Shown in pieces: positions 24,445 through 36,876 of a stretch of 64,000 bases of DNA. The stretch covers positions 15,902,645 to 15,966,644 of the forward strand of contig OZ316893.1 of the NCBI GenBank assembly GCA_973895155.1. Direction: 5' to 3'. The stretch comes from Marsupella aquatica. Its lineage: Eukaryota; Plantae; Marchantiophyta. Both the position numbers and the translations under genes were made by a program. Numbering within the stretch: position 1 is the stretch's first letter; the number at the start of each line of letters is the position of its first letter. Below the pieces are notes generated by a model. It ran no database searches. It worked only from the letters and a program-made list of their open reading frames with translations, and was not told the DNA's origin.

Positions 24445-25160
24445 AAGAGTGATCTTGGCGGGCCTCTCCAAGATCCGTCTGAGGAAGAGTGATCTTGGCT
24501 GGCCTATCCAAGATCCGTCTCAGGAAGAGTCAATCTCGGCTGGCCTCTCTAAGATCCATCTCAGGAATAGTCATCTCGGCTGGCCTCTCTGAGATCCGTC
24601 TCAGGAAGAGTGATCTTGGCTAGCCTCTCCAAGATCCGTCTCAGGAAGAGTCAATCTCGGCTGGCCTCTCTGAGATCCATCTCAGGAACAGTCATCTCGG
24701 CTGGCCTCTCTGAGATCCGTCTCAGGATGAGTCAATCTCGGCTAGCCTCTTTGAGATCCGTCTCAAGAACAGTCATCTCAATTGGCCTCTCCGAGATCCG
24801 TCTCAGGAAGTCATCTCGGCTGGCATCTCCAAGATTTGTCTCAGGAATAGTCAATCTTGGCTGGCCTCTTTGAGATCTGTCTCAAGAATAGTCATCTCGG
24901 CTGGCCTCTCCAAGATCCGTCTCAGGATGAGTCAATCTTGGCTGGCCTCTTTGAGATCCGTCTCAGGAACAGTCATCTCGGCTGGCCTCTCCAAGATCCG
25001 TCTTAGGAAGTCATCTTGGCTGGCGTCTCCAAGATCTGTCTCAGGAATAGTCAATCTCGGCTGGCCTCTTTGAGATCCGTCTCAGGAATAGTCATCTCGG
25101 CTGGCCTCTTCGAGATCCGTCTCAGGAAGAGTGATCTCGGCTGGCCTCTCCGAGATCCAT
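24445..25160. repeat. ~40-bp tandem repeat, ~17 copies, each with a version of the palindrome ATCTCGG-N9-CCGAGAT
   Basis: GTCATCTCGGCTGGCCTCTCCGAGATCCGTCTCAGGAA(G/T)A repeated without spacers. Confidence 0.95.
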
Positions 25161-25574
25161 CGATCCATGTCGACTACCTTCCCCGACAGATGTCTTCTTG
25201 TTTACGTCTATTTTGGGCGCAATACATTATTTGATTGGATTTAAGTATAACTAAGTAGCAGTTCCCGACAAGACTACCGAGTCAGCTACAGCGGAATGGG
25301 ACAGCCAGGACAGACGGCTTGTCAAGCTCGCGTGGGAGGAAGCTTTGGCATATTTCTCGTCGGAGAAGTTAACCCTTCTGTGCTACGCTGCTGATACCTA
25401 TCATGAAGAAATAGTGCCTCGTTGTGTAAAAGAGAGAAAAAGGAAAACTCTCAAATTTGTCAAGATAGGGCAAAAGAAGCTCAATCGGATGAGAGTAGCT
25501 CAGTAGGAAGTGACAATCTCCAAACTCACCATGTAAGTATAAGATTATCAAGCTCCAGTTCTGAAGAGTAATGT

Positions 25575-26375
25575 TTGAATGAATTTACCTTCATTGTAGC
25601 ACAGGAGAGACCTGAGCAACCAGTGAATGAGGGGCTGACTCCCCGGGCAGGAGTGAAAGAGGTGGGGCTTGCAAACAAAGGAGTGCCCGCACAACAGCAA
25701 CCATCCAAATTTTTGGTGATAGTGAAGGCATTGGAGCCCAAGGCGGACCAAAAAGAGGTCATAGTGACAATCGAGGACGTGCACTTGACGAGGGCACGTT
25801 TAAAATGCTTGAGGCCAAAAAAATGGATCACTTGCGATGTCATGAATGCTTACATTGCTTTACTGGAATGAAGAGCACAAACCCTTCATAAACCCAAGGC
25901 CATGTTATTGCCAACACATTTTTACCAAGTGATGACAACTCCGGAATATAACTTCAACGCAGTGTTGGCATATTGGTGGGGCATTCAAATGTGGGAGCAC
26001 GAGTACGTTTTAATCCCCGTCTACCGGCCAAAACACTGGGTACTAGTTGTGGTTGATACTACCTTGCGGCAACTACATTTACTTGATCCGCTTGTGCCCA
26101 AAGCACAGGATGGCACAGAAGTGTTCAAAGTAGCTTAGTTTCTTTCGGACCTCTCCATCTTGCGGGGTCGTACCTTGTTATGTCCATTAGAATGGCCACG
26201 CATTTACCGAGATAACATTCCAGGTCAAGGGGATGATTACAATTATGGTGTATATATCATTATCTACATGGAGCATATTTCTGGAGGCGGTGTCCTGAAC
26301 TTTGACCCTGCACTTATAGACATCATGCGGCAAAAGATTGTTGTGGACCTTGTCTGCCAGACAATTACCCTATAG
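25575..26375 (+). pseudogene. Ulp1/C48 SUMO-protease-like cargo gene of MULE-1 (stops; catalytic Cys position reads Tyr)
   Basis: LRPKKWITCDVMNAYI; VLIPVYRPKHWVLVVVD; LLDPL; PGQGDDYNYGVY (canonical Q..xxDCG). Confidence 0.8.
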
Positions 26376-26815
26376 AGAGGATGGAAGATGGGGACGAAGC
26401 CTAGTGGAATTTAGTTTAGAAAATTGAGATAGACAACATCGTTGTAAAGTTTGGTACAAAGCTTAATAAAAAGTGTGTCATCCAAATGTTCTTAATGTGG
26501 CTCCTATTTGATATGCTATGTTGTACACGTTGTTGGGTATGTTTTCATCTTGGTGAGCTCAGCCGAGATGGAACAACACTCCAAGGATATCCCAGAGAGG
26601 GCGCCAAGATGGTTAGAAAGGGCACCAAGATGGTCAGGGAGGCAGCCGACATTACTAATTGTCCAAACCAAAACAATGTCGGAGTGGACGCCGACATAGG
26701 GTTTGACTATGGGTGTGAATTAAGTCCATGTCGGTGGCGTCACTGAGTTTCGGGCACAAACTAATATCAGTGACTGATGAAAGTCACTGATGAAGTTGTG
26801 TACCTCCATCCGGGC

Positions 26816-27534
26816 TGTTTACATGAGCGAGAGCGGCTCGCATTGGCAAAGGTGATGGTCATTGTAAGCTGTGCACCGGGGATGTTGAAACCAGCCCTCA
26901 CATTTTTGCTCATTGTGTGCACGCAAGGAGATGCTGGGCCTTGGGGGCCAGGTGCTTCCAAGGCATATTTGTGGACTATTCGGATAAGTTACTGGAGATG
27001 TAGGACTTAACTGTGAGAAAAGACCATGACAGAGTGGCAAAACTGTTTGTTTTATATCAGATACTCTGGTCTTTGTGGCTGGGCCGCAATGCACAGATTT
27101 TTCAACCCAATGGCTACAGGGAAATTTGACCTGAGGTTTATTTTATCAGAAGCGGCAAATCATGTGACTGTGTTAGCCTTTGCCTGCCCCCAGGGCAACA
27201 ACACACTAGACTGCTACGAGTGAAAGAACTCATTAATCAGGAAAGAATTGCATGGTTACATTGCCGTGATGTGTGGATTTCCTTCGGTTGAGCTGCTGAA
27301 TTGTTGTGTAGGTACTCTTTTAGGTTGTTAGGGATGGTCGTTACGTCCACACTGCTTCTTGGGTGAGGACACCTAGGGCACTAGGGCTCTGATTACCAGT
27401 CTAGCGCGGTTTTGCTTGCATGCGGCCCTTTTCTTGATAATGTTTTCATTGGTGGTTGAGATTGGCTTGGTTGTTTCCCACCCACCACGGGGTTTTCGTG
27501 GCTTGTATTTTATAAACTAAAAACAATTTCAAGG
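26816..27534 (+). mobile_element. LINE-A right half: zf-RVT region and 3' UTR
   Basis: ARIGKGDGHCKLC, KFDLRFILSEAANHV match LINE-B 9811-10545; 3' end CCACGGGGTTTTCGTGG plus AT tail like LINE-B. Confidence 0.85.
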
Positions 27535-28088
27535 AAATTTATGACCTTTTTGAAATTTCTCAATACTAGCGCCAGGCCCTATTATTAAAATCCTCCATTT
27601 TCATCAATATTTGAGTCTATCATAATAATAGCGCCAGACGCTACTATTAACTCAATAGAAATTTCCCAGACTAACGGTCTTTTTTAACGATAACTTTGTC
27701 AATTTACTGTTCCAATTTATGACCACTTCCATGATACATTTGCACATCAGTACATATATGCGAGTTATAATTTGACAAGTGTTTGTCTTTGGTTTGTCTG
27801 CATGTGGCTCCTCATGCTTTTCCATGCGTACATGTCGCACTTGAGATCATATTTTGTCATTCCATGCCTCATGTCGGTCTGCCAAAGAGTATGACACAGA
27901 AGATCGATCTATCTGCAAGATTGTCTTTCTTGATTGGTAGAATGGTCTCTGTGCAGGTAGTTTGGGTCGTGCTCAATCATTTGTCCTTAATTGTATAGCA
28001 CCACCAAGAAAATGTTGCATGATCAGTGCTAGGAAACACATTGTGTTGCCTGTAGGTTTCTCCGCATGTGTCTTTGTCTTAAATAACC

Positions 28089-31000
28089 ATGGAGAATCAT
28101 TCTCCTAGCCATTCTGAAACATCTGAGTCCTCGTTCTCAAGATTGGTTTATACCCCGGTTTATACTCGGAGACTCACTCGTTCATCTGCATCAAACTCTT
28201 TGCAAAACATTAGTCAGGTAATTTCAAAGCTGAAACGAGGCCTCATATATAGTCTTACAAGGATTTTGTTATGGAGGATAGGGGTGAGGGAGGTCTGTCC
28301 ATGGATGTTGTCATCGCCAAATACACAATGTCATTTGGAGTAGATTTCCAAGGGGAGAAGAAAGAACCACCGTGTATTCCTCTTTGCTGCCTTGTACACA
28401 TGGAAGTTGTTTGGACAATCCAAAAAATAGTGCATCTATCGACAAGCTCAAGGATTCATTTTGGAGCTTGGGGTACAATTTGTCAATTGGGATGCGGTTT
28501 TACGTCTAGCCTGCGGGTTCATAAGGAGTCGTTCAATTGTGCATGCTTGAAATTTGTGAAACTTGGGATGCTATTTGGGTAGCTCAAAACGACTTGTTTG
28601 AAGCAGAATGTGTTGCTGTTTCAGATTTTTCACATCTTGAAGGACAAGATGTTTTGTGTCTTTGACGGGAATCATTGACTCTACTCCTAGACCCAAGTAA
28701 CAAATGAGAACCTAGAGAATATCAAGTACCATCCCCGTGTTCAATGCACTAACTTTAAGGGAGATCAAGGTTCCCTTGTCAAGATTGAAGCAACTATGCA
28801 CACGGTGAATCAGTGAGTCATCCTCTCCTAAACGCTTTTAAATTTGATTCTATTGATTTTTGCAAGTTTGGTTAGCGCGCGCTAGGCGCTGTTAATTAAT
28901 GGTATCTCTTTTAGGTTAGGGCAAGCAGTGGTGGAACCATCATGGATTCTTGGCATTGATAGAATCAATCGGATTCTAACACATGACCTGGATGCCTACA
29001 AGCCGATCATCAACCTTGCTAGCTTCAAGCGATTTGAGATTATTCAGACCAAGACAAGAAAGGGGTCGTGGTATACCAAGCAGATGCCATTGGAAGCGTT
29101 GGTTTACATCTTGTGTGAAAACAAGATTAAGTCGTATTCACTTCAATTTAAGCAAGACTTGGCTACTGCTACAAGTCAAGGTCGCGCGTGGTCACCTGAG
29201 GAGATTGGTAAGTGGTATGCTGCCATGATGAAGGAGGCAACATAGGAGTGGAGCATAAAGACATCAAAGATTACCCCTCTGATAAGCCTTGAGTTTGGTG
29301 ATTTTTTGTCAACATGTGCAAAAATGTACACACTTACAGAGAGGAACAGATGGGAAAAGAAGTCGGACTCCGTAGTCTATACGATGGACCGTGCGCGTCT
29401 GTTCACTATTGTCTCTTATTTGGATCTGAAGCTGCAATGTACCCTTCTTGTTGCTCATTGTACCCCCGAGCTTAGAAAACAGTTTTTCCACCCCTTGAGT
29501 GTTAACGATGACCCTTTTAAATAGTGGTGTCATACCTGGCACAAGTGGAGTTGAGTGGAAGGAATTGCAATTGGAATGTTACAAACATCTCTTTGGCAAG
29601 TCCAATTGATCCTACTTGCTGACCGTCTAACGATAGGAGGAGTGGATACTTTTGAATCTTTCAAGGTCTTAAACATCACCAGTGATTTTAAGACATACAA
29701 GGAAATAGTGACTCAGGCTAAGTTTTTTAGCACAATTTGGCTGTCCAAGTATGGGGACAAGGAAGATTGTACCATTGGAAACCAGAAGCGAGCAAAGAGA
29801 TATCTCTATCGCCTCTACGTGGCGATGGAGACCAGTTCTCCTGAGTATTTTTGGGCTTACCCTCTTGCATTTCAGAAGTGGTCCGTTCTTGAGGGGATAC
29901 TTTTAGCAAAGTGTATTCCATGTACCCTACCGAGGGAAACTTTCCCTCACATGACATTTCACAGTGGGAGATAAGGTCCCATTGTTTGTGGTATCTTGAT
30001 ACTGATAAGTGGGGACACCCCTTTTGATGAAGCTGAAAAGGATGCATTTTTGAAATTGTCAATGTTGTTAGTGCCTAGACAGAAGTCAAAAAGCTTGGGC
30101 GAAAGCAAAAGTAGACACGTGAGTGTTTGCCCGTCAACAAGATCTGGGAAGAAAAGTGAGATTCTTCTCTTTTTCATCGGCATCCCTTATTTTCTTCTGT
30201 TTGTTTGAGGATTGTTTTCAGTGACTTTTGGTTAGCGCCACAACCATTGTTGTGTCCTCATCCATTACTTTTTGTGCAATTTGGTTTAGTTAGCACATGG
30301 CACTAGTCTTATTTAGATTGTGATCTTTGCAAATGTTCAATCTATGTTTTAGGTGGAAGAAAATCAGATAAAAAAGAGAATTCAAGATGCAAAGACAACT
30401 GTCACACCTGGCCTCTCTAAAGCAGATACGGGGGAACAAGATGTCCCTGATGAACAGACTCCTCCCAACACAGAGAAGATGGTGCAACCCGCAGATGCCA
30501 CCAGCACGAAGAAAAAGAAAAAGAAATCTTCCGATCATGGATTTTCCTCTTGGGATTTCTCGAACTACTGATGTTCAATGAGATGTTGGACGATACAAAT
30601 CCAACACTTCCAAGCATGTTTTTGTAGAGTCCAGCGTGATGGACTTCTTTGATAGTGTATTTACAAAAGATCAGAAATTGGCTTGGGTGACAAATGTAGA
30701 GAAGTGGGGGAAAGACCTTGTCTTGCTCGGTCTCAGGGAGAAAGGCGTCATGAGAGGAGGAAAGTTGAGAGCATCTGGAATTGCAAGATTTGTTTACCTC
30801 CCAACTAGACTCCGCCCATCTCTTCTTGAGAAGAAGTCCCCAAAGTGGAATTCCCCAGATCACTTAATTGTTGGGTCATTCTTTTGTGCAATGGACCCAT
30901 TTCTGGTCGACGATGGTTTGTTGGCCATATTGCACATGCATCAACGAGTATGACCAGATCTCCCAGGTCATTGCCGCGAGCCAGGAGTCACAAAAGTTTT

Positions 31001-31833
31001 AGTGTGTCAAAACCCTGAACATGGTTATGGGAGTTCCAATGTATATAGCCCAAAGTGATTGCCAGGTAATTTCCCACTCATTTGGAAGGTTGTTTCCAAA
31101 AATGTATTGATCTTTCCTTCACTTTAGGGGTTGCACTTTACTAGCGTCGAGCGCTATCCAAAAATGAATGGATCTTTCATTCACTCTAGGGACTGCACTT
31201 TACTAGCGCCGGACGCAACTATCCAAATATGAATTGATCTTTCCTTCATTCTAGGGACTGCACTTAATTTACTAGCGTCAGGCGCTATCCAAATAACTTG
31301 TTAATTGTTTGGTTCTTTCTGACTTTAAGATTGGATCTCTTCAGTTGTGTTTCTTCAGAGGTTAAGGTTCCAAAGGACCCCAAGTTTTGTCCCCTCTCTG
31401 CAACCGAAGATCCTTCCATCACTTACCTAATCTCATGGCCTCCCGAGTGTGAGGAAGGATCCAACGCCTTCAGCAGCATTTGCTGGGAACGGACGCGTGT
31501 ATGTGGGGTTCATGAATGCAATCTATTTTGGAGTTAATCACCCAGCCAGATGACATTGTCATGGACTGGACTGTGGGGTCGGGGAAAGTTCTCGTTTCTC
31601 CTCAAAAGTCGTTTGTGTTGCCCTCTTATGAAGAATATGCTGCATGCAAAGAAGTACATAGGAGAACACTTACTTGGGAGAGTAAGGGGCTATGGTTAAG
31701 AAGAGGTTTAGATAGGATATTCAGCTGTCATCCTTTTGTTGATGATGTGGCTACAAGCAAATTTATAGACGATGAAGCCGAGTCTACAGATAGGTCTGAC
31801 AGTAGCGAGTCTGAGTCATCTGACTTGCAGTAG
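28089..31833 (+). pseudogene. ParB/Srx-like plus DNA-methyltransferase-like fusion gene, copy 2 (decayed)
   Basis: DKMFCVFDGNH* at ~28643-28678, KYHPRVQC; RFVYLPT...PKWN...PFLVDDGLLAILH; SILELITQPDDIVMDWTVGSGK (31516-31590). Confidence 0.7.
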
Positions 31834-32256
31834 GTTAAGTCTTACTTTTTAATGTACTCTTGGTATCCTTATTCTAGTTGCGCCTGGCGCTATTAAAGTT
31901 TATATTCTGATTTGAGCCTTCAATGAATACAAAGGCACTTGGAGTCTTTTTCTTTAGGACATATTTGTCCACATATCATAAATGCATGATGAGTACTCGT
32001 ATCGGTGTACCCAAAATAATCGTACTTTGATTGTGATACATATTTGTTTGATCTGGTCCCATTGATGTGGTCATTTCTCCCCTCTCAAAGGGCCACGTAC
32101 TTGTTCTTTGACAGTTACATTGGTCGCATTTCTCCTGATTCTCAATGCGAGGCATCGACTTTTAGAAGTTTTGAATCTACCCATCTTGACCTCTTCTTCT
32201 CGAACAAGTGAGGCGCCCGTAGCTTTGCATCAACCCATCCGGTATTTTTTTGCTTT

Positions 32257-32728
32257 GATGGATAAGGGGAAGCAGATTGCAAAATTGAGGAGTCAAACTC
32301 CCCCAAAGACGAAGGTTATGCGGTCGACCAAAGGTCCAGATTTGGATTTGACTGCTATTGTGACCCAATATCCGGAGACATCCATAGAGAGGAATAGTTT
32401 ATTGCTGGCCTTGGATTAGGGAATTAGCCACAGATTGCAATACCTTATGTCTTGTGATCCTTCACCTCCGCATGCTTTTAGAGATAGGTTCTTTGTTTAT
32501 GACCCGAATCCTTCCAATATCTATCGTGTTGCAAGCACAACAATTTTCAGAAACATTCAAGAATATATTGGATGTGTGAGTTTTGCAGATTTGAGCATCC
32601 CAAACTGCCCGATGAGGAGCCGCTATCTTGGACCTCATTTTTTTGTTGAGCAAGACTATGGATTTTGGCAGGATGAGGATAGGTCTAGTGCAGGATTGGA
32701 TGACGATTGCATGTCTTCTACGTCCTGA
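32257..32728 (+). pseudogene. Unknown small cargo ORF of MULE-2 (one internal stop)
   Basis: MDKGKQIAK... continues in frame through the stop at 32417-32419 into 32435-32728. Confidence 0.35.
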
Positions 32729-33278
32729 ATAGTCTGTGTACTGCTTCTCTGATACTAGTGCATAGCGCTAGCTCTCACCTCATCTTTGGAGTGGTTGAAG
32801 ATTTTCATTCATTTCACAATGTTTGTGAACATGTTGACCATCTACTTACGATGTTTTTGCTTTCAACGACGGCTTTCGTTTGGCCGAGGTAGCTTTACCG
32901 CTCCTTTCGTTTCATAGAGTTAGTTTTACGTAGGCATCTAATTTTTGGAGTACGTTTTTAGGGTTACATATTTTCCCTCATAGGTTGAGGATATTGATTA
33001 CCTTCAATCAGGATATCAATGTAATCTTGTTACCTCCAGTTTATTTTGAGGTTTGTATCACTTTTTAAAGTAGCGCGTGTCGTTAGCCCTGGCGCTACTA
33101 ATATATGTTTTATTTTTCTCCACTATTATGTCAACTTGCCTCAATAAAATTGTGTCTTCAAACTTCTTTTTTCTTGTGTTAAGCAAAAATTCTGAGAATG
33201 TTAGTGGTTTTTTTACTGTTAAAATTTGCTATTTCTTGTTACTATTATCTGTTTCCTATCATGTGGAATTTAACCCTC

Positions 33279-33745
33279 ATGTGAGAGGCCTCAATGACCC
33301 TCTAAAGCTGAAGCAGATTGGCGGATGGATTAGAGATGAAAAGCAAGAAAAGTAAAAAAGACAGGGCGTTGTTCCAACTGGGGGTTTTGGACCCAACAGC
33401 TACCAAGTTGGTAGACTGTGAGTGAACGGGAAGGTGGGAACAACATTGCTCATCCCAGGACAATATCAGATTCTTGACCATGGGATGAAGGGCGATGGGA
33501 CCTTTGTTTGGGGCAGCATTCGGATAGCCAAAGGGGAAGCCAACATCGGATTGGTGTATGCATTGAATGAATGGAGAGGTCACACGTGCACCATGTGAAA
33601 GTGGATCAGGAAACACTTAAATGTATCAAATTGGATTCTATGTGGTGATTGGAATATGACATAAATGTGGAATGATGCGGTGGAACCACACTTGCTAGTA
33701 CCTGGATCGGAGGCTAGGGCATGGTAACTCTGGCCAGCGGAACAC
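33279..33745 (+). mobile_element. LINE-C fragment: APE endonuclease N-terminus
   Basis: (N)VRGLNDP at 33279-33300 and WILCGDWNMT at ~33632-33661. Confidence 0.7.
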
Positions 33746-35489
33746 CAAAGGTGAATAGTAAAACACATAATAGAAAGCTTATTGATCCTCCAAGAAATTA
33801 ACTGGACTGAGCAAGAAGTAACATGTAGGTACTCATCCCTTCTAAAGCTCAATTCTCAGCCAACTACAAAATTTGAATCATAGCTAAAAATAATGTCAAT
33901 AAACGGTAGCTTTATGTAACATCATAAAATTCGGAAAAGAAAATTATATTCTTTAGATGGGTTGTGATTGATGAATCAATGTTTTCCAGTAAATTATTTG
34001 AATCTTCTATTTAATTGGCAGATTTTTATATAACCAGGGGTAGAAAGAAACTCTTCAAATAGTGTACACAAGAATACCAAGGGACAATAACCAACCCCTT
34101 TGGCTACTATGGACAAGGGAATTGAATACCAAGGGACAATGAAAAACTCTTAGGCAACTACAAACAGAGGAATACCAAGGGAAGGCAAAAAAAACCTTCA
34201 AATAATGTAACATTTTGCATGCCTGGACTGTCTAGAATGTTACATGGACTTTATGGACATATATAACAATACTATGGGAACATTTTGCTTAGGACGTTAC
34301 CGCAGATAATCTCCTCTTTTTGTCATGTCATCACCAATTTGATTTCAAACCCATTCCAACATGCAACTCTTCTAATTGATCTAACTTGTTGAATAACATC
34401 AAACTTACATAAGCATAATAGACACTTCCTAAGAAGATGACATGAAAACATATATTTGACACGCAATAGAATATTTGAGTGGAGTCCTCACATATTCTGT
34501 CCATGTAGAGGCATAAGTGCGTGAGTGAGTTCTCATTCAACTGAAGGAGTTAGTTGCCCTTGGTTACTGTGGTGATAGCCTACATTGTCTCTTACACTGT
34601 CTTTTTCTCATTCAACTGAAGGAGATAGCTCCCTTGGTTACCATGCATCAAGCACACGGGTAATTGTAATGTGCGAGCAAACAGTAGAATTTTTGCTTGC
34701 ACAGGTAACTTTTCCCCTTTTATTGGGGCCCAAAATCAGGTCCGGAATCTTCCTCGCTAGCATGAAGACCCCGTTTGATCATCAAAAAAGGAGAAGAAAA
34801 TGACATAGGAAATGAGTAAACACGAGCATGTTCTAGTCACTGGAATGTACTGGGACCAAAAATTAGGACCAATTTTTATGTGGCAACTCTTGCCACCTGT
34901 TTTAACCTCCATGTCCGATCATTCTAAATGACATTTGCTTCAGGCCAGCGAAATTGCTAGTCCAATCACGCCAACACTTTGGGTCACTCACACAAGGTAC
35001 GGGCTCCAGGTATGGGCTCCCACATGGGAAATATCCCACCCAAGGCAAAGCAAAAACGGAAAAGTCCGACGCAATTCCCGCATGACAAGAATCCGCATTT
35101 CATTAGTGACGAGTCAAGGATGATTAAGGTCATTTGGAACCTAATCATGTCACTTGTGAGTGAACGAGAGAATTACCGTTCCAAACCACAGGCGAACCCT
35201 CCACTTAAGCAAAGCCAGTCACCCCAAAACCCCCAGTCTTCAAAATTGTTCTCCCGATCATTTCCTCCGCCTCCGTCTCGAGCTCGCAGATTCGAAACTG
35301 CTCTCAGTATTACAAGTCCTCAACGCTCACTCAAATCAAGTTCGGGTACGTGCCTCTCTATGGCTTTGAGTTTTGTTTCAGTGAAGAACTCTACGTGAAG
35401 GCATTCAATGTTTTTCAGCGTGGAAACGCTTTTCATTTCACTACTGGAGTTCATTTTTATCACTGTTTGGTTATTGTAAGTGCAAAGAC

Positions 35490-35930
35490 ATGTCAGGAGT
35501 TCCAACAAATCCTCCTAACAAGAAATGGCGACTTGAGGTCCGGCGTTACAACCCGGCAACGGATGGCCCTTTGGAAGACAACTCTCTGCCACAGCGTCAA
35601 ACCAATGCCGACACTCTCAAGGTCTCCGTAGATAGCAGTGTCCCAACTGCAGTTGGTCATAAAGATCCATCTGTTGGATCATCACGATCATCATTGAGGC
35701 GAGCACCCACGCCACCAAAGTCAGGTCAACCAGAGAAGTCTCCACCAAAGCCAAAGGTAGATGTGACATAGCACGAGGCCGTAGCAAAGAGGAAGAGGCT
35801 TGCAGAAGAGGAGAAATATTGGATTGAACGGGAGATCCATGACTATTGGACCGAGGAACGCCTTGCATCTTTGGATTACGATTCGGAGTTGGACACAGAG
35901 TCTGATGCATACAAGGCGACCAGCCCCTAA
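35490..35930 (+). pseudogene. Unknown small cargo ORF near the MULE-3 left end
   Basis: ORF 35490-35771 continues past a stop as ..AKRKRLAEEEKYWIEREIHDYW.. Confidence 0.3.
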
Positions 35931-36876
35931 GTAGAACTCAATTTGTGGGGTTTACAGACCTTTTAATAGTTGCAAAAGCATGACATGTACTCTACAATAT
36001 GTATAAGAACCAAAGTTCATGTGTTTCTGTCTTTTCTGTTTTGTCCATCAATGACCCAAATGACAAGTCTTTTCCTCTTTCTGTCCACATTCTGCCCCAT
36101 TCCTCCCTAAATCTGTTGCTTATTAGAGAGACAAACATGGACCCTTAGCAGACTAGCAAGATCGCTAGTATATTAATTACTGATATCATCTATCAATTTC
36201 TGTACAGATCCTCGTCTCCAGGTTCATCTGCTACTGGTTTAAGTTTAGAACATGCATTCAACAGAGGAGTACTACAACCACTACACTGAACACATTTCCT
36301 ACCCTAGAACTCTGCCCTAGAACTTTGCACTTGACCCTAAACCCTAGATTGCATCCTATTGGAGAGTTTCTTAGACTAGCAAGATCGCTACCATAACACT
36401 GACATCGTTTTGATCATTCCAACTTCAACCAGACAGATCCTAGTCGCCAAGTTTAAGCTATTTCGGGTTTAAGTGTAGTCAACAGAGGAGTACCGTAGCC
36501 CCTACAACAAACCTATTTACCAGCCTATAACTCGAAGGTCTTCTTTCAAATTTTTGAGTTGTATCCAATTTGAAGACTTCTGAAGACTAGCGAGATCGCT
36601 AGTTTAAAACACAGAACATGAAACCCTATAAACTATTAGTGTATAGGACCTTGCTAACATTAGGGAGAGTGACTCAAAGTTGTAAAGCATTACAAAAGAA
36701 GGAACCAGTTGAACTAGAACATTAGTTTGGCCATACAATTCAAATAATTTATTTCTTAAAGTTGAAAATAGATTGGTATTTGTGAAACCACTACCTCACG
36801 GAATCCTCTCCCACCAACCTAAAACTAGCATCTCCAATAAACGACTAGTCCCCTATCTGTAACGGAATTAAACTCC

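Larger units (their letters stand above)
810..26806. mobile_element. MULE-1: giant Mutator-like DNA transposon (~26 kb including nested insertions, ~18 kb without)
   Basis: 9-bp TSD CATCCGGGC at 801-809 and 26807-26815; imperfect TIRs GAGATAGGTAACATCATCAGT vs GAGGTACACAACTTCATCAGT (reverse complement of right end); removing it rejoins LINE ORF2 (LIWRILASG|LFT*ARAARIGKGDGHCKLC); contains a DDE-SWIM transposase. Confidence 0.92.
27535..33277. mobile_element. MULE-2, right portion (its left part and transposase are presumably upstream of the window, separated by LINE-A)
   Basis: Carries ParB-MTase-like copy 2; its own palindrome TAGCGCCNGGCGCTA; right end ...CTGTTTCCTATC...TTAACCC(TC) resembles the MITE end and abuts a LINE endonuclease start. 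Confidence 0.6.

Noticed and set aside
24445-25160. Regular ~40-bp palindromic repeats resembling a CRISPR array
   Set aside because: No unique spacers, no cas genes, and a eukaryotic TE context; it is a simple tandem array
24323-25234. ORFs with SRLASLRS repeats
   Set aside because: Translation artefacts of the tandem array
34070-34645. Short direct repeats (GAATACCAAGGGA x3; TCTCATTCAACTGAAGGAG x2) as a possible ncRNA or ribozyme
   Set aside because: No convincing conserved core or hairpin seen; cannot be supported
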